Assembly (NCBI RefSeq): GCF_044704955.1
Contig: NC_091984.1
Coordinates: forward strand, 145,142,001 to 145,206,000
DNA length: 64,000 nt
Source of the DNA: Pristiophorus japonicus
Lineage: Eukaryota
Direction of reading: 5' to 3'
In this document: one piece after another, positions 1 to 11,070 of the stretch
How the letters are laid out: each line of letters opens with the position of its first letter
Numbering within the stretch: position 1 is the first letter of the stretch
The notes under the pieces: generated by a model
What the model was told of the DNA's origin: nothing
The model's database searches: none
What the model saw: only the letters and a program-made list of their open reading frames with translations
Position numbers and translations under genes: made by a program

Positions 1-1706
1 TAGTACCAGAGTCGCTATACCTCGACAAATTGAGTGATTTCCCATTGGAGAAATCCAAGATAGAGCTGCGAGGCTATTTGGGAGAGAACATTCCTGTGGT
101 AGGTCTTATCACTGTACCGGTGACATACAAGGATCAATTTCAGAGCTTGCAACTATTAGTAGTGGCAGGAGACAAGCCTGCCTTACTAGGAAGAAATTGG
201 TTGGGATCACTGAAGCTGGATTGAAGAGAGATTTTTCGTGTTGAAACGAGATTTTCATCAAAGGATGATGTTGTCAAGAATTATCCAAAGGTGTTCTGCG
301 AAACAGGCAGTCTGATCCAAGGCTTCAAGGCGAGTGTCAGGGTACAGAAGGACGCTAGATCGGTTTACTGCAAGCCACGTCCCGTACCATATGCACTCAA
401 GGAGAATGTTGAGCAAGAACTCAAAAGACTAGAGACTGAGAACATTATTTGTAAGATTGATCGATGTAATTGGTCTACACCATTGTTGTTGTACCTAAGT
501 CCGATGGCAAGGTAAGATTGTGTGGTGATTATAAAGTAACCGTACACTCGGTTCTATAGGTTCTAGAGGGTAATATCCCCAATACATTGCCAAATGTAGA
601 AGATTTGTTCACAACACTGACAGGTGGTCAGATCTTCTCAAAGTTGGATCTTACAAATGCCTACTTATAACTTGAACTAGGTGAGGAGTCCAACTCATGT
701 TTGACAATAAACACTAGGCCTATATCAATTTAATAGGCTACCATTTGGAGTGTCATATTCCAAGGGGTGATGAACCAGATTTTGCAAAGTATTGAAGGGG
801 TAGTATGTTATTTAGATGACATACTAATTTTAGAACCAAATAGGAAAATTCATAATAACATATTGAATGAAGTCATCAAACGGCTAGAGAAGCACAGAGT
901 ATGAGTGTCTGCTCGCAAGTGTGAGTTATTTCAAAACTCCGTGGAGTACTTAGGGTACAGAGCAGACCAAGATGGTTTACATCCAACTAAAGGAAAGCTA
1001 GATGCAATCAAGAAATGCACCCACTCCCAAGAATGTCACTGAACTTCGATCATTTCTGGGTCTTTTGAACGATTATGGGAAGTTCCTACCAAATTTGGCT
1101 ACAGTGTTACATCCACTGAATGAACTATTGAAAAACCAGGTCCATTGGAAGTGGTCAGAATAATGCGATACAGCATTCAAGGAGTGTAAAAGCAACTTGG
1201 TCGAGAGCACCATGTTAGTTCACTATAATGTATCTAAGGAGATCAAGCTAGCATGTGAGGCTTCTCCGTATGGAGTTGGGGCAGTGATCGCTCATGTACT
1301 ACATAGTGGGGAGGAGAGACCAATTGCTTTTGCTTCACGCACTCTCAATGCCAGTGAGTGTAATTATGCGCAAATTGAAAGGGAAGCTTTGGCATTAATG
1401 CTTGGGGTCAAGAAGTTCCACAAATACTTGTATGGTCGTAAGTTTACCATCATTATGGACCACAAGCCCCTGACAGCAATCCTCCATCCAAAGTCCCCAG
1501 TTCCAACATTAGCTGCATCCCGAATGCAGATATGGGCTTTGATTTTGTCAGCATATACATATGATACTGAATTCTGACGATCAGCTGATCACAGTAACGC
1601 TGATGCTATGTCTAGATTGCCTTCCCCATCACAAGTTACACGTGATAGGGAAGAAGTGTTCTATTTTTCATACATTGATGAACTGCCAGTCACAGCTGAA
1701 GAGATT
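1..1706 (+). mobile_element. Ty3/Gypsy LTR-retrotransposon pol fragment (protease end, RT, RNase H), decayed and truncated
   Basis: ORF pieces ALLGRNWL, KPRPVPYALK, YLDD (tatttagatgac near 809), LACEASPYGVGAV, RPIAFASRTL, NYAQIEREALA; many stops and frameshifts; ends abruptly at a Harbinger TIR. Confidence 0.9.
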
Positions 1707-2127
1707 GGTCTAGACTTTCCACTTTGTTCACTCGGGCCCAAAAAATAGGTGATGTTCCAGCCTTAGTGGTGTTTCAGCCTTTATGATCGCTGGACCATCG
1801 CCCATTTTTTGGATCGTGACTTTTGGCTCAGTGATAGCCTAGCGATGTGAAATGGGCGAAGCGAGAACCCAGGGATGTGACATCGCCCAGCGATAGTGCA
1901 GCGATGGTGAAGGCAAAAGCTTCCCTAGCAATGGGCTTCTGCGCATGCGTGCTTTCTTTTTGGTGGAATGTTTTCCCGCTTCTCGAGAGGTCGGGGGTCA
2001 TCCACACATATGCAGAAGGGGAAGAGATATTGAGAGAGGGTAGAGAGAGCGAGATAGAGAGAGGAGAAAGCCAGAGACAGAGAGAAGAGAGAAAAGAGAG
2101 AGAGAGATAGAGAGAGAGGTAATGAAT

Positions 2128-5100
2128 ATGTCTGACAGTGATGAAAGTGTTAGAGATGTGGAGAGTGGGAGGAAGAGGTCCTAACCCTTTTCGGATGAGG
2201 ACAACGAGGTGCTCGTCGCAGAGGTCCACTCCCGGTGGGCCCAAGTGACCAGGGGAGGGGGAGGGGGTGGTGCAGAGCGTGGTGGGAAACCAACACCACG
2301 GGCGTACCATCAGATATGGAGTGAGACCGCCACTGTCATCCCGTCTGCATCCCACGAAGCCACGGGATCTGATCAGTGCCGCAAGTGCTGGAACAGCCTT
2401 GTGCTTCAGCAAGTGTAAGTATGAGTTTATATTGTAATGATGCAAATTCTAAGTATAATTATAATTATAACTTTCAATCTCCTGGATTGAATGTAAGCTT
2501 GTTATTCTAACATATATGAGATATATCATGCCCGCTAAAAACTGGACGTGGTTATGAAGCTGTGCCCATTTTAAGTCTCTCTGGCTACTGTCACTTACAC
2601 AGGGACCTAGCATGGACTGGGGGAGAGCTGCCTTTGCTCACTGTCTGGCCTGGGACAATTTTGGACATTAGCTACTGTCATTGTTGAGTTGAATGTAGAT
2701 TGTATTCGAGAGTGATGTCGGCCTCAAGCATTCGCTCCTAAACACACCGATCTTTGTTATAACCGTGCATCATTTGTGGACACACATCCTATTAGCATAT
2801 AACGTTGGGAACTGTTGTCTATAAATGATATAACCTAGTCAAGTAACTTATGCCATGCTCTTTTCACATTTGACAAGGAAGATATCTCATAATCGGGTGC
2901 TGCAGAGGTGCACCGGACGAGGCCCTGCTGTAATACAGACAATGACTGGCCTTGAGGAACATGCTACAGCACTAGTGGGGGCCCACAGTCACACGGTCAC
3001 CACCCGTAGTGTTGCCGGACCCTCCCATGTGTCACGTGAGTAATGTTTCAAGCAGTGCTTTAGTAATGTTACATCATCTCATTATAATAGAATAGACAAA
3101 TGATGTCATGTTATGCATGCGGCCTCTGTGCTACTCTCAGGTCGAGAACATAAGAACATAAGAGCAGGCCATCTGGCCATCGGTCTCCTTCTCTGTCCAC
3201 ACCCCATAAACCCTCACTCCCTTATCATTCTGTCTATCTGTGACAGATCCAACCTCCACAGCTCTCTGGCGCAGTGAGTTTCACATAGATGTACCACCAT
3301 ATGTACTACCATATGATGCATTAATATGTAACGTCTCTCGCTCACATTTATTGCAGTAGTGCTGTTCCTCCAATGTATGCCAGCGCGGTGCAGCAATCCC
3401 TTCTGTTCCAATAAACTCAATTGTGTGTTGCAGGTCTCCCAGCTCCAGAGGCGCCAGTGGAGGACACACCCTCACATGCACCTACCCCACTGCATGTGTC
3501 ACTCACCTTCCACACAGCATGTCACTCACCTACCCCACAGCATGTGTCACTCACCTGCCCCACTGCATGTGTCACTCACATACCCCACTGCATGTGTCAC
3601 TCACCTTCCCCACAGCACATCACTCACCTACCCCACTGCATGTGTCACTCACCTACCCCACAGCATGTCACTCACCTACCCCACAGCATGTGTCACTCAC
3701 CTGCCCCACTGCATGTGTCACTCACATACCCCACTGCATGTGTCACTCACCTTCCCCACAGCACATCACTCACCTACCCCACTGCATGTGTCACTCACCT
3801 GCCCCACAGCACGTCACTCACCTACCCCACTGCATGTGTCACTCACCTGCCCCACAGCACGTCACTCACCTACCCCACAGCACGTCACTCACCTACCCCA
3901 CTGCATGTGTCACTCACCTACCCCACTGCATGTGTCACTCACCTACCCCACAGCACGTCACTCACCTACCCCACAGCATGTGTCACTCACCTGCCCCACA
4001 GCATGTGTCACTCACATACCCCACAGCATGTGTCACTCACATACCCCACAGCATGTGTCACTCACCTACCCCACAGCACGTCACTCACCTACCCCACTGC
4101 ATGTGTCACTCACCTACCCCACAGCATGTCACTCACCTACCCCACTGCATGTCACTCACCTGCCCCACAGCACGTCACTCACCTACCCCACTGCATGTGT
4201 CACTCACCTGCCCCACAGCACATCACTCACCTACCCCACAGCACATCACTCACCTACCCCACTACATGTGTCACTCACCTGCCCCACAGCACATCACTCA
4301 CCTACCCCACAGCACGTCACTCACCTGCCCCACTGCATGTCACTCACCTGCCCCACAGCACGTCACTCACCTACCCCACAGCACGTCACTCACCTGCCCC
4401 ACAGCATGTCACTCACATACCCCACTGCATGTGTCACTCACCTTCCCCACAGCACATCACTCACCTACCCCACTGCATGTGTCACTCACCTACCCCACAG
4501 CATGTCACTCACCTACCCCACAGCATGTGTCACTCACCTGCCCCACTGCATGTGTCACTCACATACCCCACTGCATGTGTCACTCACCTTCCCCACAGCA
4601 CATCACTCACCTACCCCACTGCATGTGTCACTCACCTGCCCCACAGCACATCACTCACCTACCCCACAGCACGTCACTCACCTGCCCCACTGCATGTCAC
4701 TCACCTGCCCCACAGCACGTCACTCACCTACCCCACAGCACGTCACTCACCTGCCCCACAGCATGTGTCACTCACCTACCCCACAGCACGTGTCATTCAC
4801 CTACCCCACTGCATGTGTCACTCACCTACCCCACAGCACATGTCATTCACCTACCCCACTGCATGTGTCACTCACCTACCCCACAGCACGTGTCATTCAC
4901 ATACCCCACAGCACGTCACTCACCTACCCCACAGCACATCACTCACCTACCCCACTGCATCTGTCACTCACCTACCCCACAGCACATCACTCACCTACCC
5001 CACTGCCTATGTCACTCACCACGGGTGGTGAAGAGGAGGAGACCACCAAGCCCGAGGAGGAGGAATACTTGGAGACAGAGGAGAATGCCTCTTGCATCCC

Positions 5101-5607
5101 TCTGTCTGGTGAACCTGCGGCCATGATGATGATTCCCACCGAAGAGGTAGCAGCAACAAGCGGCAACGAGTTGGCGACACCAAGCCGCACATTGGTGCTG
5201 TCAGGGGCTTAAGCAAAGGCTTACCCTGGACGATTGCATCGACAGCCTGGCAACGAATGTGTGAGGAGTCTGTCATGATCCAGCGTGAGCAGCTCCAGGT
5301 GTTTGTGGGGTTCACGGATGAATTCTCCCGGGTGTCTGCTCGCCAAGCGGAAGCGATGCAGCAGCTGATCCCCGAGATGCATGAAATCTCCGCCTCCTCC
5401 CATGCATTGCGGCATGCGTTCTTGGCGGCACACGGCACTGCACCCCGAGCTCCCGTGACCACAAGCACCGGCACACAGGCGGGTCCGGACGATGCACCTC
5501 CTCCTGACTCGGAAGTCCATCCCCCTGTTTTGTCCTCCCCTCCAACAGCCCCCCAACAGGTGATCGTGACACCACATCCCTCACCGTGGCAAGAAGTCTT
5601 GCCGTAG
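2128..5607 (+). pseudogene. Harbinger Myb/SANT-like DNA-binding protein gene, about 3 exons, decayed
   Basis: Exon 1 about 2128-2414 (RKRS*PFSDEDNEVLVAEVHSRW...IWSETA...QCRKCWNSL, then GTAAGT); exon 2 about 2878-3035 (RKISHNRVLQRCTGRGPA, then GTGAG); exon 3 from about 3434 includes the minisatellite and an acidic/helical tail. Confidence 0.7.
3475..5020. repeat. Minisatellite, 23/25-bp units (CACTCACCTACCCCAC[A/T]GCATGT[GT]), about 1.5 kb
   Basis: Direct tandem repetition; explains the three overlapping stop-free ORFs 3359-5212, 3421-5031 and 3423-5126. Confidence 0.97.
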
Positions 5608-6392
5608 CCCACTGCACACTGGCTTCATAGCAATACCCGGGGACCCAAACGTGTGGGTGAGGTAAGGAGACGCTTGGTGCAGGATCTGGGGGAAACGTGG
5701 CCACAGGTAGAGAGGGGGTGCAATGTGTTTTATATTGTACATATTGTTCACATTGTTCATTGTTGGTGTTTTCATTGTTGTTTCACTGTTGGGGTGTGGG
5801 TGGGAGAGGGGGGTGCTTTTGTGTTTGTAATTTAAAAATAACGTTCAAGAGTTATTATTTTATTAAAACAATTTTATTTCACTTTACAATTGTTGTGCAT
5901 TGTCTTCTAATAACGTAAACATGAATGCAACTGTTGTGAAACAATGGCCAGGCCGGACCCAGTTAGGATGAAATGTCACTTATGAATATAAATACAATAA
6001 CATGTCTAATTGTGAGTGGATCTATCTTTAAAAGGCCCTTAAATAATTCACAAACTATCTAAGCCCCTGTTTAAGCAGCCTCCTCGCTTCCTGCAACGTT
6101 CAAAATGGCGTCCGTAGTGCCAAGCTCTGTGAGGAAGGCCAGGCAATAACAACTATTCTCCAGCAATGTTCTCGGTGAGCGATCAGCCCGGCGATGTGCC
6201 GACGATGTGCCGGAAGTTGGGCTGGGCGATGTGCGGGCGATCACCTCGGTGATGTGAGCCAAAAGTTGGGGGGATAATTCTCCGGGATGTGACAGCCCAA
6301 CTTTCCACTTTTGAGTCAAAATGGGCAATAGCAGGCCTTTTTGGGCAATATATGGGCACTAGCCCAGCGATGTAAAGTGGAAAGTCTAGCCC

Positions 6393-6506
6393 TATGTTTC
6401 TATGTTTCTAACCATGATCTTATTGAATGGCAGAGCAGGCTCGAGGGGACAAATAGCTTTCTCAACCTAGTAATTCAACCTAGTAATTCTTATGTACTTA
6501 TGTTCT
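6393..6506 (+). mobile_element. CR1 LINE 3' tail fragments
   Basis: (TATGTTTC)n tail and ccatgatcttattgaatggcagagcaggctcgagggg, matching other CR1 3' ends in this window. Confidence 0.7.
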
Positions 6507-6508
6507 AG

Positions 6509-6653
6509 TGCCGCCCACAGTGTGTGTGATGTCAGAGCCCCGCCCACAGTGTGTGTGATTTGAGAGCCCCACCCACCGTGCGTGTGATTTGAGAGTCCCG
6601 CCCACCACTCATGTAATATCAGAGCCCCGCCTACTGCACGTATGATGTCAGAG
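6509..6653. repeat. 29-bp tandem repeat, 5 copies, each with a GC-box-like CCGCCC
   Basis: gccccgcccacagtgtgtgtgat(g/t)t(c/g)aga repeated at 29-bp period. Confidence 0.85.
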
Positions 6654-6689
6654 CAAACACATCTACTTGAAGGAACAGACAGGTAGATT

Positions 6690-7335
6690 GATGGAGAGGT
6701 TTTGGCAGGTTGTTCCAGAGCTTGGGGCCCAGGCAACAGGAGACAGGGCCAGCAATGTTTGAGTGATTTTAATCAGGGATGCTCAAGAGGGCAGAATTAG
6801 AGGAGCACAGCATCTTCGGGGGTTGTGGGGCTAGAGGTGATACAGAGATAGGGAGGGGTGAGACCATGGAGGGATTTGAAAACAAGGAAGAGAATTTTGA
6901 AATCGAGACGTCGCTTAACCGGGAGCCAATGTCGGTCAGCGAGCACTAGGGGTGATGGGTGAGTGGGCTCGGTGCGAGTTAGGACACGGGTCAATGGGCA
7001 CAGGGGTGATGGGTGAGTGGAACTTGGTGCGAGTTAAGACACGGGCTGCCTAGTTTTGGATCACCTCTAGTTTACGCTGGGTAGAATGTGGGAGGCCAGC
7101 CAGGAGTGCGTTGGAATAGTTGAGTCTAGAGGTAACAAAGGCATGGATGAGGGTTTCAGCAGAGGATGAGCTGAGGCAGGGGTGGAGACGGACGATGTTA
7201 CGGAGGTGGAAATAGACGGTTTTAGTTATGTTGCGGATGTGTGGCCGGAAGCTGATTTCAGGGACAAATATGTCACCAAGCTTGTGAATAGTGTGGTTCA
7301 ACCTCAGACAGAAGTTGGGGAGAGGGATGGACTCA
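6690..7335 (-). mobile_element. L2-clade LINE RT C-terminal fragment
   Basis: HIRNITKTVYFHLRNIVRL...AETLIHAFVTSRLNYSNALLAGLP and HWLPVKRRLDFKILFLVFKSLHGLTPPYL. Confidence 0.85.
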
Positions 7336-8180
7336 TGGCTGCAGTAAATTTTTGTTCTAATTCGGAAAATTATTTAAAGCCGAAAAAATACGGGGAAGTG
7401 ATTTTGGATGTGGCTGGTTCATTTGAAGTTAAATTTTGTTGGGTGTTGTCCCCTGTTTGAAAGCTTTTCTCAGGGTTTTTTAAATCATGTTACGACAGAC
7501 GAGAAATGACTTGTGGTCACATTTGTATCTCAGAGTTTGTGAGAGACGGAGGGAACGGCAGCAGAAAAAGAGGAAACAACATCTCCAAAACTGATCCCAA
7601 CTCATCGCCGAGGCTGGGGGTCGATAAGCTCCGAGCAAGTTTCACCACTTTATTCACTTTCTTATTTGAGCTCTGATTGGATCCGTTTACTTGATTATTT
7701 TTTGGTGCATGTGTAACGACAGTATTGAGGCAGCGCAGATAAACATGGAGCATTTTCTTCTCCCAAAGCTACATGGGGACTGGAAAACAATGTAAGATTT
7801 TTCATGAACGTTTCACAAAAAGTGAGTGTTGGAAACACTTTTCCACCTAAGTTTCGAAGATAATTTCAGAAGAAACAAACAAAAATCAATTATCCCCTCA
7901 TCAAAGCAATTCTCAACCTGATCTTAAAATCCAAATGCTTTTAAAGTGTCTCCGAATTGCTTAAACCATGTAAAATTGAAGTTTCTCAGTATTAGATTTG
8001 GAACGTGCAGGTTTATACAAACATGCACCCCATGCTGTTAAGGAGGGGAGGGCAGTGAAGGATTTGTAGGAGTTACACCTCACTTTTTATTGACTGATTA
8101 TAAAGTATCAATAAGCCATTTAGGAAGAGAACCAAAAAAAGGTCAACACACAAACCATTTAAATTTATATAATATAAAAA

Positions 8181-8565
8181 CAGAAAATGCTGACAATACT
8201 CAGCAGGTCAGGCAGTAACTGTGCAGAGAGAAACATTGTTCACGTTTCAGATCTGTCACCTTTCAACAGAACTGGGAAATGTTAGAGGTGGAACAGATTT
8301 AAAACCGGTGCAGAGGCAGAGAAAGTTGGGAGGGGAGGAAGGAAAGGAAAGGTTTGTGTTATGGTGCAAGGCATGAGTGGTTAAATCCTGCCTCTGCACC
8401 AAGTTAAAATCTGTCACATCTCTAACTTCTTCCAGTTCTGACGAAAGGTCACAGACCTAAAACGTTAACTTTGTTTCTCTCTCCACAGATGCTGGCTGAC
8501 CTGCTGAGTAGTTCCAGCATTTTCTGCTTCAGTTTCAGATTCCAGCATCCGCTGTATTTTGCTAT
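8181..8565. mobile_element. Penelope-like element-derived inverted repeat (about 140-bp arms) with degenerate minimal hammerhead ribozyme cores
   Basis: Arms 8181-8319 and 8388-8526 are reverse complements; AGTT-CTGACGA-A-AGGTC-ACA-GACCT-AAAAC-GTT-AACT at 8434-8470. Confidence 0.65.
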
Positions 8566-9499
8566 TGTGAACCATTTTGTTCTAAAGTCCAAACAAGTCC
8601 CAGGAAAAATGTAAATATAGATTTACTCTTAAACGTTTAGTGGAATGTTAATAGAAACAATAATTGTGTAATGATGTGTAAAAATTTCAGGAAGAAACTT
8701 TAGAAGAAACCAGTATTTGTTTATTGAGAAAGACACAGAAAATACTTTGATTAAACTGATCATGTACAATTTCGATTTGATATATATCTTTAAAATAATA
8801 GATTAAAAATTGGGAGTACAATGAAGTTTAATTGGGAAGTATGCTGAATAATTTAACACGTCGTGGTAAAAGCACGGATGAATATTGTGCCGAATGTTTG
8901 AGAGAAAAACATTAGAAGGAAAATTTATAAATAAACATCTTTACGTCACCATATTATAAACATTTCCAAGTCAGTCTGATTGGTTCTCCTGTCCAGGAAG
9001 AAAGATGCCTGTACATTTCTGTTCAATGATCGCTTTTCCTGCTTTTTGTTTTTAGTTCTGTGACACACTGTGTATGTGTTTTTCTGCACTGGTGAATAAG
9101 TGCTGTATTTCTGACATGTTACCTGGGGGGTGTGCTGGTTCAAGAAGACCACGTTTAATAATGGAACTGATTGCAGTTGGAAATTCGCGTCCCGTTTTGG
9201 TTCAATTCTTTTCAATATCGTGAACTAAAGAACTATGGCTTTATATTTGTTGGTTGTCTGTTTGCATTGTGATGAATATTCTAATTACTTATGTGGACGT
9301 ACAGCACGTCAGCACCATAGGAAAGGCCCTGCTCCGGCTGTATGTGCAGCCGTTGCTATAGTGACATCACGGAGGGGGCTCATACATTGACCACTTTATA
9401 ATTAATACAAATTGCTCGAATAGATATGCCTCTTTCAGTTCATCTTGTGCATTTTCATTGTTTGTCGATGCACAACCATGTAACTCAGTGACGTTTCTA

Positions 9500-9765
9500 A
9501 AGAGCTAGTGTATTATTATATCCCACTCATTTCTGACATGGTTTGATACAGGTTGAACATAACTTCTCTGCTTTTGAATTCTAATCCGTTAGAAATGAAC
9601 TCCATTGTTTTATTTGCACTGTTATGGCCTTATTATCCTCCGTTGCTACTTTTAGTGATTTGTGTATCTGTACTCATAGATCCCTTTGCACCTCGACACC
9701 ATTTAGACTTATTTTCCAAGGGTCGGTAGGGTCCGTATCCCTCCTACCATTTTGCACCACCTCTC
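9500..9765 (-). mobile_element. CR1 LINE fragment
   Basis: Decayed match to the CR1 ORF2 C-terminal region seen at 19016-19300. Confidence 0.55.
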
Positions 9766-9769
9766 AGTA

Positions 9770-10694
9770 ATTCGCTAAGCCTGTGTCAGCTCCGTCTAGT
9801 TTCTGAAGCCTACCCTGCCCCAGTGGATTGCGGGCGTTCCAATCACACTATCATGGGAATAGTAGTGAGGATGCCGGTCATGGATGGGACAGCCCGACCC
9901 TCACTGGCATACAGGGTGGAGAACACTGGGGTCATTCAAGGAGGTGCACATGTTCATTTCACAGCGTTCCCACCTATGACATAAAGTGGGTGCAAGCTAA
10001 GACAGATACTGACCTCTCTGGGTGCCGGAGCCAGGGTGCGCACATAATACTGTGCCCCCAGCACTTGAACGCCTATTCCAAACCACAGTGCGGGTTTAAA
10101 GCTACTGGCACACAACCTATCAACTGTACCATGGAGGTGATGGCACAAGTCCATGTTCCCCCACAGGTAGCATATATAGGGGGTGGGACATACTGTGTTA
10201 CCACGAGTGCACCCCACTACCAGCACGGATAGCACATTTGGTGTCCGGTGAGTGAAAGCATTTTCTGTTTTAAACTCGAGGCAGAAGTTCAAGTGGCTCA
10301 GGAACGGATTGTCCCCATTCCTGAACCCTCCTCTGTTCACCTCACTGTAAGTGACAACATAACAAACCTGCAAGACTGTCGCATACTTTGGTTACGAGAT
10401 TCCCCCCTCTACCCGAACATCTTACTGCCCTACTGAAAGCTGTTCTAGAGTATAGAACATTTCTATACTCCAGAACAAAAAACAGTTGAGATAGGGGGCG
10501 AGATTTCAGAAATCACAGTTCCACCTTGGTGGAATATTTTCAGAAATATAGAGGTCTCAGCCGGGATCAGAATAGCTTCCCACGTTTTAGTTGTCTGCCA
10601 GCTCGCGATTATTCTTTATCTATGGTGTACTACGTGCAGGGTGAGAGGCAGAGGTCATTGGTCCTGGCACCAGAGGGTGCTGGACGAGCCCTAG
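9770..10694 (+). pseudogene. env-like fusion glycoprotein C-terminal half of a long-LTR retroelement, decayed
   Basis: Reading across frameshifts: IMGIVVRMPVMD..YRVENTGVIQGG, Cys-rich DLSGCRSQGAHIILCPQ..CGF..INCTM..TYCVTTS..WCPVSESIFCF, then a helical stretch, PWWN and a TM helix RIASHVLVVCQLAIILYLWC; stop at 10692-10694; followed by a polypurine tract and LTR. Confidence 0.65.
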
Positions 10695-11070
10695 CTGAAC
10701 TTAAGGATTGTATCAGGGAGGGAAACACAAAATATGATAGAACACTGCAGAAGAATCGCAGTCGCCCGGTGAGGTCCGGTTTAGATTCCACCTGCTGTAA
10801 AAAACGCAGAGGACAAGTGTTAAAAAGTTTGTCCTATGTGTATTTTACTGTGTACTTTTTGTGAAACTGGAGTAATGGAGGGGCGTTGGACCCTTTCTAT
10901 GCTGTAATGTGACTTATGACAGAATTTACCTGTAAACAGTAATACATCTCAAAGGGGAATGTACGTTTGGGTTTAGCTAGGTAAATTACAGGGGAAGGTG
11001 GGCTCTCGGGAATCAGGAATTTTGTTCATTTAGGATGACACTCTGGGGCGAAGAGTGGCAAATGGGGGAT

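Larger units (their letters stand above)
1707..6392 (+). mobile_element. Non-autonomous PIF/Harbinger DNA transposon carrying only the Myb/SANT-like gene
   Basis: TIRs GGTCTAGACTTTCCACTTT (1707-1725) and AAAGTGGAAAGTCTAGCCC (6374-6392), 18/19 match; internal spliced Myb/SANT gene; no transposase seen; no matching TSD. Confidence 0.8.

Noticed and set aside
3359-5212. Three long overlapping ORFs (536-617 aa) rich in His/Cys/Thr/Pro
   Set aside because: The 23/25-bp minisatellite lacks stop codons in all plus frames; this is not evidence of three proteins
6516-6552. CACAGTG heptamers as possible RSS
   Set aside because: No ACAAAAACC-like nonamer at 12 or 23 bp; they are part of a tandem repeat
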